From positions 64,001 through 128,000 of IMG/VR virus record IMGVR_UViG_3300031867_000005: a DNA stretch of 64,000 nt. The stretch is one strand, 5' to 3'. The DNA comes from a virus (taxonomy: Duplodnaviria > Caudoviricetes). Below are positions 32,414 through 46,119 of this stretch, piece after piece. Both the position numbers and the translations under genes were made by a program. Numbering within the stretch: position 1 is the stretch's first letter; each line of letters opens with the position of its first letter. The notes beneath the pieces were generated by a model. It searched no databases and was not told the DNA's origin. It saw only the letters and a program-made list of their open reading frames with translations.

Positions 32414-33987
32414 TGATAATTAACCCAACAAATAATAAAAGAATTGCAATAATTAAAGATTCAAACGAGAAAGAAGTTAAAAAAACTTATGATAAAAATG
32501 GAAATTTAATTTTTAAAAACTGGAATACACTTTAGGGAACTTCACCATTAAATTTTAAAAGTCGTAGTTTGACATTACAAGACTACCGGATTTATGGAAA
32601 TACTGTGCAGAACGGCACTCCTGCTCCTGAAACTCCGGTTGAGGTTCAGGGAGTGGGGGAACAGACGGAAAATTTATTTGATAAAGATGTGGCGGTAGTA
32701 TATAACGCTTATATAACAGGTGGTGGAAAATGGTATTACGCTAATGATTCCAGAAGTGTTAGGATTCGAGTTAAGCCAAACACGCAATACACACTTTCCA
32801 CTGAGGGAACATACTCGATTTTTCGAATTATGGAAATACAATCAGATGATGTTCCAACTGAACAAAACAAATATCCCGAAATGCAAGGCATTGTTATCGT
32901 GCGTGGCGAAGATCAATCACACTATACTTTTAAAACAAGTGAAAATGCAAAATATATTGTTTTTCAGTCAAATCTTTCCGTTGTAAATAAGTGGCTAAGC
33001 GAACTGATGCTTGTTGAGGGTGACTCTGTCAGAAGTGATTATATTCCCTACGGCTACAAAATTCCTGTGACGGTAAGCGGAGTGAATTTATTTGATTATA
33101 ACTGGCTGTGGACAAAAGAAAATGTGAAGCTAAACGACTATTTTAATTATATAACTATCGCCATGAAACCGAATACAGAATACACAATCAGCAATAATTA
33201 TAGAGTATTAAAATCGTCGGAGCGTATTGAAACAGCATTGATTGTCGTAAATTCAGAAACTGAAATCATCACAGCTAATGGTGGGGTGGATAGAATTAGA
33301 ACTGTTACAACAGCTTCTGATGGATTATTGAGAATTGCCTATAGAATACAACTAGCTAACGTAACTTATCAAGATATTGTTGTAAACAGGGACACCCTAG
33401 CTGATGGAACTTATTATATCCAGATCAATGAAGGCTCGTCCGCTTCGCCTTACGAACCCTATCACGAACCAATCACCACTTCCGTTTACGTTGGTTCAGA
33501 ACCTCTCCACAAAATCGGAGACTATGCGGATTATGTCGATTACAATCGTGGTGTGGTTGTGAGAAGGATTAAGAAGCTGGTGCTTACAGGGGAAGAACGA
33601 GTGACGCAGGATGGTATGACTAACACCGTGAATGTCCAACTTACAACGATATCGGCAACACTACAAGTAGTTTGCACACATTTTATGAGCACGCCCACGA
33701 TTCCAGCTGATGCATACAGATTTGGTTATGCGTTCATCAGACTCGATCTACAGAAGTTATATTTTGGAACAAGATTATTTGACGACGATTTCAAAACCTA
33801 CCTCGCCGCCCAATACTCCGCCGGAACTCCTGTGACAGTTTGGTATGTCCTTGCTACACCAGAAGAAGAACCGCTTGAAAACCTGTTGCCAATTTGGACA
33901 ATCAAAGGCTCTGACGTTCTCACAACTGAAACAACTGTTCAGCCGTCTAATATTTGGATAAAAGGAAAAATTAAAGCTATCAATTGA
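32413..33987 (+). CDS. Tail fibre/receptor-binding-type protein, 524 aa; single TAG at 32533
   Basis: YGNTVQNGTP.PETPVEV, NLFD, YEPYH, TVWYVLATP motifs of Firmicutes phage tail proteins. Confidence 0.8.
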
Positions 33988-34000
33988 AAGGATGATTTTT

Positions 34001-34054
34001 ATGGCAAAGGGAATTGATGTCAGTAAACATATTAATTATAAGTACAAAAAATAA
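34001..34054 (+). pseudogene. Truncated GH25 endolysin start (MAKGIDVSKH)
   Basis: RBS AAGGA + GIDVS motif then stop after 17 codons. Confidence 0.65.
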
Positions 34055-34089
34055 TCTGTTCGCAGAAAATAAATGGGAGTTGTGAAAGT

Positions 34090-34293
34090 ATGCAGAACAA
34101 TGAAATAGCACAAGCATTCAAGACAGTTTTAGAGGAATTTGATATAAGAGATACACATTGTAAGGATACATACTACTATTGTCCAAATTGTAACAAATCG
34201 TTTGGTAATAAGGCAAATTTACTCGAAAAATATAGTGAAATGAAATTTTGCTTTAATTGTGGGTTAAAATTAGATTGGAACGGTATAAAATGA
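34090..34293 (+). CDS. Small zinc-ribbon protein
   Basis: YYCPNC...FCFNCGLKLDW. Confidence 0.7.
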   Translation: MQNNEIAQAFKTVLEEFDIRDTHCKDTYYYCPNCNKSFGNKANLLEKYSEMKFCFNCGLKLDWNGIK

Positions 34294-34375
34294 AACAGAT
34301 TTTAGGTAGTATGTCCACTTGATTTTTGTCATCAATATTACGGTAAAAGTAGAAAATACAGAAAGGGTGCATAAA

Positions 34376-34597
34376 ATGAATAATTACAAAGATAATTATA
34401 TGAATATGGTCAATATTATAAGCCTAGTTTTAGGAATGATGAATTTATAGGAAAATTTGACTCAAGGAGATAAATAGGATATTATAGATGACTTAAATAA
34501 GAAATCTGAACTCCTATTAAATGAAATTCATCAACATCTAAAAAAATAGGACGAAAAAATTGATTTGATTTTAAAGAAAATAGAAAATATAAAATAA
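34376..34597 (+). CDS. Small hypothetical protein, 73 aa; 3 TAG=Gln
   Basis: MNL[Q]ENLTQGDK[Q]DI...EIHQHLKK[Q]DEKID; fills gap before lysin. Confidence 0.65.
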
Positions 34598-34611
34598 AGG
34601 AGATGGTTTAT

Positions 34612-35373
34612 ATGAGTAATAAAACATTTGGAATTGATATATCCAAACATAATGGTTTAATCAATTGGGATGCGTTAAAAAACTCAAAAAAGGTAGACTA
34701 TGCAATTATTAGAGCTGGATATGGAAAGCTATTGTCTCAAAAAGATATAAATTTTGAAAGAAATTATTCAGAAGCAAAGAGAGTAGGAATTCCAGTAGGA
34801 TGCTATTGGTATTCTTATGCAAAAACAGTATCTGAAGCACAAACAGAAGCGAGAGTTTTCCTTAAAGCTATTGAAGGTAAACAATTTGAATATCCTGTTT
34901 ATTTAGATTTTGAAGAAGAATCTCAATTTAAACTTGGAAGAAGTACTTGTTCAGCTATGGCTAAAGCCTTTCTTGAAATTATAGAAAAGGCAGGATATTT
35001 TACTGGAATTTATTCAAGTAAGTCTGGGCTTGAAAATTATATTGATACAGATACTAGAAAAAAGTATTCAGTTTGGGTAGCTCATGTTAATGTAAATCAA
35101 ACTACATATTCAATGCCATTTGATATGTGGCAATTTACTTGGAAAGGAAAAATTGACGGAATTTCTGGTGATGTTGATTGTAATTATTGTTATAAGGATT
35201 TTTCCACTATTATCAAGAATGCTGGCTTAAATGGTTTTACAAAAGCATCTGGAACAGTAAAAGACAGCAATGTTATTATAAATAATGATAAAAAAGAAGA
35301 TAAAAAGGAAACAATAAAAATTACTTTAGAAATTGATGGAGTTAATTATACTGGAACTCTAGAAAAATCATAA
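34612..35373 (+). CDS. GH25 endolysin (muramidase); no TAG
   Basis: GIDISKHNG, IIRAGYG, GCYWYSYA, YLDFEE, WQFT, VDCN. Confidence 0.92.
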   Translation: MSNKTFGIDISKHNGLINWDALKNSKKVDYAIIRAGYGKLLSQKDINFERNYSEAKRVGIPVGCYWYSYAKTVSEAQTEARVFLKAIEGKQFEYPVYLDFEEESQFKLGRSTCSAMAKAFLEIIEKAGYFTGIYSSKSGLENYIDTDTRKKYSVWVAHVNVNQTTYSMPFDMWQFTWKGKIDGISGDVDCNYCYKDFSTIIKNAGLNGFTKASGTVKDSNVIINNDKKEDKKETIKITLEIDGVNYTGTLEKS

Positions 35374-35569
35374 TTTGAAGTAAAAATTTGTGATTTTTTA
35401 AATTAGCAGATAACATATGTTAGGTAGTAGCGAAATAGGCACGTCTGTAAGAATAAGAAACTCCTAATTTCAGGCAGAGACTTAAATATCGTTCTTCTTA
35501 TGAAGTCGCTCCATTTATAGAAGTGGGACTCAAGTAAAGATAGTAATATATAAAAAAAGAGGTGATAAA

Positions 35570-37858
35570 ATGGAGCTTACTAACAAAAAAATACTTTTTG
35601 AGAGAAAAGACGCTGGAGTTAATAGTAATATTCATCCTTATCTTGAAATAAATGCAAAAGAACATAAGGAAGAAATAAAAGAAGGCATTGAAATAAAAAG
35701 TGATAATATTTCTATTGTAGCTTCAACTAGAATAGGAGATTATGATTTAGATATAATTCACCCTCGTATTCCAGATTTAAACTGTTATGCTTTTAATTCT
35801 GAAAAGGTAGGAGATGGGAAAATTAATGCAGAAGATGCGTCTTTAATTCTTCAAATCGCAAGCACTGTAGCAAAAGATTGTCGAGGACATAACGTTGGTT
35901 TTTTAGAAATTAAAGATAAAAATATGAATGTTGTTTTTGAAAGGAAAATGGTTGATTTAGATAGACTTGAAGAAGATTGGGGAATTGATTTTACAAAAAG
36001 TCCATATGCTGAATATACTAAAATAATTGAACCTATTTTTAATAGAAAATAGACTTGGAGAGCAGATGCCAGTTGGAATAGTTTTGAAAATATTTTTCTT
36101 CCAATTACAATTCGTGATGCAATATTGGTAAATAATTATGCTGCTTATAGAGGAGCAGGTGAGCCATTAGTAATAAATTTTGAAGATACAAGCGAAAAAG
36201 ATTGGGGGAAATTTTTGAAATTAGTTGATGAAAGGGAGCTTTCTTTGAAAGCAGAAGTTATTCCCTTTTCTTATTTCTTTCCGGCTGTAATAGATATGTC
36301 CAAAATAACAAAAGAGGATTATGATATAATTAAAATAGCTTATGAATAGAAATAGAATGGAATCGCATTTGAAGATTGCATATTAGCTCAATATAAAGTT
36401 AATCCAAAATGGGAAGAACATTATAACAATGGAAATATATTAAAAACAAAAATCTATAATTTTGATTTAATAAAACATTTTCTAGGTCTTTGTGAAATGA
36501 AAACATTGATGAAACCGCAAGGATATTATACTGATGAAGATGGAAAACCTTATGGCACTCCTTAGGGATGGAAGGACTATATAGAAAGAGAATTTGGCAC
36601 ACTTTCTGCAATAAATATTGAAAATATAGAATTTATTTTTACTGATAAGGATAACTATTCAGAAAAATCAATTAGTCCTTTTGGCGAAAACAATCAAATA
36701 TCTTCAGTCATTAGTGATACATCTTATAATGTTAAAGGAGTTGGAGGAATAGAAATTATTTCAGAACTTGGTGGTAATGTCTAGAATACAGCTGAAAAGA
36801 ATGGAGAAATTAAGTTGTCTTTAAGTCAACTTCATGATTATTCTGAAGATTTAGGAGAATTGTTATCTCCTATAAATTATCAATTAGATATATCAGAAGA
36901 ATCAGGTTTACAAAGTCAATATTATCTTTATCCAGAAAGTCCCAGCTATTATTTCAGAGGGAAATATAATTATGAGTATGATGAAAATACCAATACTTTA
37001 ATATCATAGAATATAGAAATAAAAAACGATGATAAGGCTATCATTACAGTTAATATGCCTTCATTGCAATCTCAAATTACTAATGAAGTAGAAGTTATAG
37101 ACCCTTTGCCAAAATTAAGAAGTTTTTCATTATATGTAAAGAATAATAATAATGAATGGGTTACGCCTGGTGGAATCAATTAGCGACAAACTACTGGTAC
37201 AGATAACGCAGGAATACCTATTATGAAGCAAAATGATATTATTGGGAGACCTCTTTATCTTAATTCTGGTAATGAAAAAGGAATTATTTCTTATCATATA
37301 GACAGGTTAGGACGTTTTTCAAATGAACTAATTGAGTCAGGAAGATAGTATTATCATACAAATGAAACTCCTTTTAATCCTACCACAGAAGAATATTTAA
37401 AAATTGAATTAGCTTTTAATGGCATTCCAAATGAAGATTATAAATTGCCACAAGTTGATAATTATACTTCTAATAATTCAGAAATTTATTGGTCTTGTTA
37501 GTTAAATAATTTAAAATTAAATAATACCATTGAAATTATTGAAGCCGGACTTGAGAATGATATTGTTCCAAAAGAAGTCAGTCCAAAAGGATTTTATACG
37601 ACAACAGGAAGAGAAATCGTATTTTATTGTATTGTAAAAATAAAAGGAAATATTGATAATTCTCCTATAACACAAGAAGGTTCAATGTCTATAACAGATT
37701 ATTATGATTATTCATACAGAGACAATTTGTATTCATAGATTGCCTATCCTTTGGTATTTACTTTTAGACATGATACAGAAGAATCTCCTAATGGAGAAAT
37801 AATAAATTTTGGAGAAAAAATTTATATTGATTTATTACTATAGAAAAAGGAGGTGTGA
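35570..37858 (+). CDS. Large putative virion protein with dockerin-like motifs, 762 aa; about 11 TAG=Gln
   Basis: Single frame under code 15; GDGKINAEDASLILQ motif. Confidence 0.75.
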
Positions 37859-37864
37859 TTAGTA

Positions 37865-39064
37865 GTGTCATTAACTCCAGATAAGGTTGAAAAAATTAAT
37901 GGTGTTACTGTTAAATAGTATTTTTTGACTAAACATAATATAAATAAAATTTCAATGCCATCAATTGCTATGACAAAACCAATTGGGATAACCATTCATA
38001 ATATGGAATCTATTAATACAACTTCTAATATTTCTCCAGCAGAACAATATACTAATGCAACTATAAATGACAGTATGGGGACTATTAGAACACATTTTTA
38101 TATAGACGAACTTGGAGCGTGGCAAAATCTTCCTTTAAATTTAAGTGGCTGGCATGCAGCAGATGGAAATGGCGATGGTAATAAATTAACTATTTCTTTT
38201 GAAATAATAGGAAATTCACTTAAAGCAGAAATTAATGCAATTAAACTAGCAGCATATTTTTTAAAAAAGTATGGAAGAACAGTTGAAAATGGTCTTTTTA
38301 CTCATACTTATTGGTTCAATATAAAAGATGGGAAAAAAGGAGACATAGATTATTTGAATACTTTATATAATTCAAACAAAATTTGTCCAGCTTATATTAT
38401 TCCTCATTGGTCTACTTTCAAAGAAAAAGTAAAAGAAGAATTTGAAAAATTGCACGCTACAATTAACCAGAAAGATACTATATCTTCTTTACTTAATGAA
38501 AATCTTTATAGAATAAGAAAAAAATGGAATGAGCCAGAAACTGAGATAGGAGCTTATCCTTCTCTTGATATTGCAAAAAAAGAATTTAAAAAAGGCTATT
38601 TTATTTATGATTCCAAGGGAGTATAGATTTATCCAAATAAAATTTTAGAAAAAGAAAAGATTGATGTTTTTTATCGAGTATTTTCAAAAGACAGTTGGAC
38701 TCCAGAAATAAAAAATTTAGAAAATCATGCTGGTATCGAAAATAAAATAATGAGTGCTATTTCAATTAAGACTCTAAAAGGACAAATTCGTTATAGAGTG
38801 CATTAGTTCAATTCAAATTGGATGAATTGGATTTATGATTACAATATAAGTAATGTAATTACTGGATGTGCCGGCCTACCAGGAATTCCAATAGATGGAA
38901 TCTAGATTCAATATATTGGAGAAGATGGTTATGATGTAAGATACAGGGGCGCCGCACGAGGTCAAGATTATTATCAATGGGTATACGGAAAAGATTAGAA
39001 TAAGTTTGCCGGATATGCTGGGAAATATCTTGATAGACTTTAGATTGAAATTGTAAAGGAGTGA
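37865..39064 (+). CDS. N-acetylmuramoyl-L-alanine amidase with ChW-like C-terminal repeats; 6 TAG=Gln
   Basis: ITIHN, HFYID, GWHAADG, ISFEI, THTYW...KICPAY; YRVH...W...IDGI[Q]I and DRL[Q]I. Confidence 0.85.
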
Positions 39065-39069
39065 TTTAA

Positions 39070-39597
39070 GTGGGAAATTTGAGTGCTCATTTTAATGATT
39101 ATGAATTTGCTTGTAAATGTGGATGTGGAAGAAAAACAATTTCTAAGGATTTGATTAGTGGTCTTGAGAAAATTTTTTCTATAATGAATGCAAAAGCTAT
39201 TATTATAACTTCTGGTTTTCGCTGTCCATCCTATTCTGTTAAAATTGGTGGTTATAGTGATGATGCACATACTATTGGCATTGCTGCTGATATTAAGGTT
39301 AAGAAATAGGATGGAAGTTATTATACTCCAGAACAAGTTGCTGAGGCAGCAGAAAGAGCTGGTTTTGGTGGAATTGGTTTAATGAATACTGCTTGTCATG
39401 TAGATAGGAGAGATTTGGGCGGTTATAAAAACTCCCATTGGTTTGGAGATGAGAGAACTGGGAATAACAGGATTAGCACATTTCAGAAAGGAACTAACTT
39501 TGATAGTTACTCTATCAGCTCTTCTCAAACTTAGTCTTTTTCTCATGAGGTAAAAGTAACAATTGATGGTAAAGAAGTTTATAAAGGCATTATTTGA
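39070..39597 (+). CDS. Peptidase M15 family cell-wall hydrolase; 2 TAG=Gln
   Basis: HFNDYEFACKCG, ITSGFRC, H..GIAADI, CHVD. Confidence 0.88.
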
Positions 39598-39664
39598 ATA
39601 GGTAATAATGGGGAAAATATTAAATATTTTCCCTTTTATTTTTACTTTTTGGTAGACTAAAATC

Positions 39665-39693
39665 TTGACTTTCTCAATGTTTTGAGATATAAT
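39665..39693 (+). promoter_or_regulatory. Sigma-A type promoter
   Basis: TTGACT-17-TATAAT. Confidence 0.7.
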
Positions 39694-39713
39694 AATGTTA
39701 AGGAGGGGTGAAA

Positions 39714-40037
39714 ATGTTAGAGCTTTTAGGTGCGTCTTCTAGTTCAGTGTTGGGTGGACTTGGGGCTTTGGCCGCAATTGTTAGTATAATTGTTGAAATA
39801 TCTAAAGCTTTTATTCCGAAAAAAATTCCCACTGCTTTAGTGACTTTAATTGTTTCTTTAGTGGTCTGTATCGCTTTTGTTCTTATATTTTTTGAAATTA
39901 CGGTAAAAGCTTTAGTGTTAGGATTTTTCATGAGTTTTATTGTTGCGTATACAAGTATGAATGGTTTTGATACGTTGACAAGTATATGGAAAAGATTTTA
40001 GATTATTGAAAAAGAAGGTGGTGAGAAAGATGAGTGA
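39714..40037 (+). CDS. Putative holin (3 TM); TAG=Gln at 39999
   Basis: IVSIIVEISK...KIPTALV...FIVAYTSMNGFD; next to lysins; charged tail after readthrough. Confidence 0.65.
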
Positions 40038-43000
40038 AAATACCAATTGGTATAATAATCTAGATGAAACACAAAAGGAATATGTGAGAGGAATTTTTTC
40101 GAATAATACAAGTGGAGAAATGCCAGATGATGTTTTAAATAAGATGTCAAAAGAAGATTTTTGGAAGTATTTATTGGGTTATTTAAATGATAATCACCCA
40201 TTAAAAAATGATAATGATAGTTTTGTTGACGGTTCATTTGCTAAAGTTGTAGGTGAAAAAATTGATTATGAAGTTGAAAATAATAAGAATAGTTGGAATG
40301 ATTCTGTTTAGGATTTAATATATGGATTGAGAAAAATATTAGAAAATATAAAAAAATATAAAATAAATAATAATGGAAAAATTTGTGGAAGTGATGATTA
40401 GGAAATTACCTTTAAAACTTTTACTACAGAATTAGCAGCCTTTTTTGCAAAAGTGGGAAATGCAGTATATTCTCTTGATAGTATTCCATACGTAAGTCCA
40501 CCATAGAATTATTCTGGAGAAACTTATAAAGAAGTTAGAGGAAAAGACATAATTCCAGATGGAATAAAACTTAAAGAAGGAAAGTATTAGGAAACTAATA
40601 GTTTACAAAAAATTGATAATTCACAAGAGAATTCTGATAACTCACAAGAAAATTCTAATGATTCACAAGAAAATTCTAATGATTCACAAGAGAGTTCTAA
40701 TGATTCACAAGAAAATTCTGATAACTCACAAGAGAATTTTTGGGTAAATCTTTTGATGCCGAAATATTCAAAAGAAATTGAGGTCGAAGATTTAAATAGA
40801 AATTTTTGGGTTATTAGCCAAGTGCTTTCAGCATTATCTTGGTATTTATTTCAAGACGGTTTAAAAAATAATTTAAAAAATAATTTAGCTGATATAATTA
40901 ATGAACTAACTCAATTATGGGATAATGTCATACTTTTATGGGCGGCCCTAGCAAAAAATTTATAGAATGAAAATACTGATTTGATTCATTACGAAGTTTT
41001 ATATTTGAATTAGCCAAATAGTTATTCTCATACAATGAAGTTTGATAATTTTGAAAAAGAGGGAAGCTATTTTATAATTGATGAAGATAATGGGACGGCT
41101 GATATAAAATGGGATATTATACAAAAAGAATATGAACAGATAGTTTCTTTAAATCCTTCTTCAAATTTAGTAATCGCACCGGTCATTAGAATTGGAAATT
41201 ATAAGAAAAACTATTATAACTGTGAATACTGGCCGGGCTTGTCTTTTTATAGTAAAGGAACTAGACAATGGATTCATAAGGAATTTCTCGTTGATTCAAA
41301 TAGTGATAAAACTGAATATTATTCTGATTTTGTTGAACCCATATATAAAATATATGAAGAAAATGGGAAATATACTTATGACAATTAGATAATCCCAAAA
41401 AATGGAATTTATATTGATTTAAAAGCTCCTTCTTTACAAGAATAGACTGTAGCAATACATGAAAATGAGTTAAATTATGAGTATATAGAAAAACTTTCTA
41501 ATACTAAATTGAATAAAAAAGAAAAAGTCTATTATGGATTATTAAGAACAACTTTCAATTTCAATATGGAAAAAGAAACTACAATCATTGATGAAAGTGA
41601 AGAAGAAATTGAAAATTTAAAAAATATATAGCTTTAGATTGAAGATATTACTAGAACAAACGCTTATGGCGAGGATAGTAAAATTATATTAAATAATGTT
41701 GAAAATGGTATTTTAGTTAGTAATGATTTGTTCTTAGATTTTGAACACAATGAATATGGAACAAAAACAGAAGGAGATTTTGATACTAATATATTATTTA
41801 AAATTAAAAGGGCAGACAATGAAGAAGAAGAAGAAGAAGATTCTATTACAGAATATATTACAAAATATCGCTATCCCGGAACAGATAAATATTGGGCTTA
41901 GATAAATGTATATGCTAAAGAAAGAAATTCTAATGATGAATGGCAAGAATTATTACCGCCCGCAGCTTCTTCAGACGTTAATTTAACTACTTATAAAAAT
42001 GACCATTATTATTATTTAACTTCAAATAAGGATTTTACACCTTTTAACGGGCGAACACTTTAGGATGTATTAACTTATTATTTTGGAGAAGGCTCGGGAG
42101 TTGCCAATAATCATAATTTTTTTCATGTTGATAGTAATTTTTCAATGATTGATCCTGTTTTTAAAATAAAAATTATAGGAAAACTTAATAAATATCCAAT
42201 AATTCCTATGACAGAGACAGATGAATTATTAGAATTGGATGATTAGATTCCTGATGGGGCATTGAATACAAAATACTGGAGAGAATTTTTAGGTGATGAG
42301 GCAGATTTAATTGCAATTAATCGAATTGAAGAGGTTGATTTATCTGAATTAGAAATACAAGATATAGAAAATAGCCAATAGGATTTTTTGAGTTTTATGA
42401 AAACTTTTTCTTTCTATGATGAATCTGGTTTAAATTCAGAATGGAAATAGTTACCTGAACTTAAAAGTATTAATGTTAATTGCGATATTTATGATATAAC
42501 AAATTAGGGAATTGGTACATCATCTAGTCTTGATTTAACAAATCTTCAATATAATCTTAGTTTAGAGAAGCTTGCTTTTGTTACTAACTATATAGATGAT
42601 ACTGAATTGTCTATTCCAACTTATGGAATAAATGAAAAGCTAACTATTTAGCCACAGGAATTAATATTAAGGGGTAAATTTTTAATAAAAGAAAATATTA
42701 TTTCTGATGAAAAATATTCTGATAATTTGTCTCTTTTAAAACTTGATTTAACAGATTTCATTGGAGAAATAGATGAAGAAAGTTTTTATGGGAATAATAG
42801 TCTATATGAAGTAAAAATGCCTAGCAATAAAAAAGGGAATTCAATTTTTGGAATAAATGTATTTGACGTTGATGATGACTCTGCCTCATAGATTGAAGAA
42901 TTAAATATATATCCAAAAACGACAATAGTAGTAAATGATACTTCCACTTTTGGAGATAATAGATTATATAAAAAAATTATTATTTATTATAATACTTTAA

Positions 43001-46000
43001 ATGAAATGTATAGATATTAGAATTATTTTGATTCAAAATACGGAGACTCTGTTGAAATAACTTACTTGCCAATTAATAATGGTGAAGTTAAAATTCATAA
43101 TGGGGTTTTTGGATATTATTAGGGAGAAATAATTAGTAGTTGGAAATATATAGAACAAGAAAAAATTAGTGTTAATAACTGGATAATTAGAGGACTTCCT
43201 TTTTATTTAGATAAAGAAGTTATCCTTCCGTCTGAGTAGAATAGTAATATTGGAACAAATGTTTGGGCAAAAAATAGTAATGGAAAAAATAGTAATACAA
43301 AATTTTTTGAGAGTGGAATTGATAATTATGGCGTATGGAGTAATGGTTCATTTTTGCAAGGATTTTACACAAATGAAAATACAAATGGCTAGATAAACGT
43401 ATAGTCTGGAAAAGATTATTTAATTAACAAAGATTACATTTCTAACTTTATAGATTTTATTTGCGATATGTATCCAAATCAAAAAATAAAATAGCTTTTT
43501 AAAAAGAATGATGAAAACATTAAATATATGGACGCAATTAGTCTATATTCAGAAGCTTGCGAAATTCTAAGAAAAAAAAGATAGGATTCTGGCGATAGAT
43601 CTGAATCTTTATATTATATTAGTTTATATAATGAAAATGGAAATCTCTATTGGCCGCTAGCTAAAAAAGATAATAATAAATGGAGTCTAACTTAGATTAT
43701 AGATAATACTTATTAGAATCCAATTTCATTAAGCGGCGAAGGATATAAAATTCATTTCTATGGGAGTTCAGTAACAGGAGCAGATGGAAATATACAGTGG
43801 AACACAACGGATAATGAAATGGCTACGTTATCCATAAATCCTTCTAGTAATAATAATGATGATTATTTATTTACTTTTACTTATAAACTTTTTTTGTCAA
43901 ATTTAGAGGATGAAGAACAAAAATATTATGATGATATTTTAATAATATTTTTATTATCAATTTGTATTATATGTGGTTAGAGTGTTAAAATTAATTTTTG
44001 GAACTTTGTGCCGCCGGGCCAAGCTGGAATACAATCAATAGTTGAGGATTAGGTTGCTCGCAGTTCTTCAAGTTCTCCTAATTATTACATCTATGATTTT
44101 GTAAAACAAGAATCTAATATAGCTAATAATTCTGTTAATAAAAAACCATTTTTTTCTTATAGTGACTTATTAAAAGAAAGAGAAAATCAATTACTTGAAT
44201 TATATTATTCTTTCAAAGAGAAAGAATTAAAAAAAGAAAAGACTTACAAGCCAGAAAAAAGATTAGATTGCTATTCTTTAGAACATTTTTAGGAAGGCAT
44301 TTACAACAAAAGCTTTTTAGAGGTGTCTAGAGCAGAAAGAAATTTTTTGCCAAGAAAAGTGTTGATTTTTTCAAAAATTGATGGACTTGAGTTTTCTTTT
44401 GACAGAGATGATGATGGAACTTTTATTACTTTAATAGTAGATTTGTCAAAGGTATCAAATTTTAATCCCACAAATCTATACCTGTATTTAAAAGAAGACG
44501 AAACAGAAACAATTATAAATTATAAGAAACAAGAATCAAATAATAATGTTTATAAATTTTATTATGATTTTAAAGCCTTCAGTGGATGGTATTATTTTAA
44601 AATTAAATAGAGTAATGAAATTTATGATGCAACTTACAATTTTTGTGTAAAGCAATTAGAAAATGATTCTCTAGAATTGAATTATAGTTAGGGAAGCTTA
44701 CAAATCTTTCCATATTTAAGTATAGGCGGATATGATAGGGATGGATTAATAGTAAAGACACCTTAGGGAAAAAAATATCACATTGATAATACTGGAACGG
44801 TAAAAACTGCTTATAATTCTAATCTTTGGCAATGGGGAACGCAGAGGGATGTTGAGGTAGAACCACATAATTTAGATAGAGATTAGGGTATCTAGTCAGC
44901 AAGAATTTTTATTAATGATAACGATTATGAAATGTCTGAAGATAACTGGGTTTTAGAAATTATAGATTATGATACTTACGAAAAACCGAGAGATCATTTT
45001 ATTGCCCCGTCTTTTTCATAGAATGACGGACTTAAACTTAATTCATCAATTACCTTGAATAATAATAATTATTTTTATCCTGAGTTAAAGGAATTTTATT
45101 ATGATTTAAGCATTAAATATCCATCAATTACAATTGATGAATTACTTAGTTCTGAATATAATGATATAATTGATAGTAAATACAACAATTATGGAGATAA
45201 AGCATCAATCAAAGAATCTTTAGAGAAATGGAGAGAATATATTAATATATTTTATATAAAGGATACTGAAACAAATTTGTATTTTTTAAGAAAACAAAGT
45301 GACTTATCTGAAAATTATATTAGTCCATTGCTTAACGATGATATAAATGTTCCTTGGCCGCTAATTAATAGAAATGGAGAATAGGTTGTGGGAATATTAG
45401 GTTCTGTAGTTCAATTAATGATAAGAATTCTTACTCCTAATTCTAATGGAGAATTATTGGATATTTGTCATTATGATTTATATAAATACGACTGTAGAGT
45501 TAATAAGGCTTCAAATATAGATTTAGAAAGAATTTATAATAATGTAGATTCATTAACAGACCCGCCAATAACTAATACAGCAAATGAAGAAATTTGTAAG
45601 GTTGGATATTTTGATAGAAATTACAATAGAAATCTTCTAACTCCCTATGGAGTTAGCAGTTCATCATAGAATTCTACCAGTTCTTTAGATAGTTTTACTC
45701 TATATGAAAGAGGACAATGGATTTCTTTATATAAGCAGAATACCAATATTAGTCTTAACGATAGAATAAAACATAATGGAGATAATTATGTATTATATTC
45801 ACAAAGTAATTAGATGACAAGTAATAATACAAAAATCATAAATCCTGAAAAAGCAAATTTTTCTTTTGATTTTTCAGCGTATCCATCTAATGGATTATAT
45901 GAAAAATATGTTCCTCATTGGAAGAATGAACGTGTTAATATAAAAGATGGAATTAATTTTTATGTATTAAAAATTGATGGACTCGTTTCTGAAAAAGCTA

Positions 46001-46119
46001 ATCTACCAGAAGAGTTCAAAACGACTTGCGATTATGGAGAGCTCTCTGCTCCGCCATTAATTGATTTTAAAGAATTATTTAGCAATGCTACTTATTATGG
46101 AGAGGATAATAATGGCTAA
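40030..46119 (+). CDS. Giant putative virion/tail protein, 2029 aa; about 39 TAG=Gln
   Basis: No in-frame TAA/TGA over 6090 nt; LLMP...EVEDLNRNFWVISQ domain; LRR-like central segment. Confidence 0.85.
40615..40737 (+). repeat. 21-bp coding tandem repeat x6 (DNSQENS)
   Basis: GAT/AAT...TCACAAGA(A/G)AATTCT units. Confidence 0.9.
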
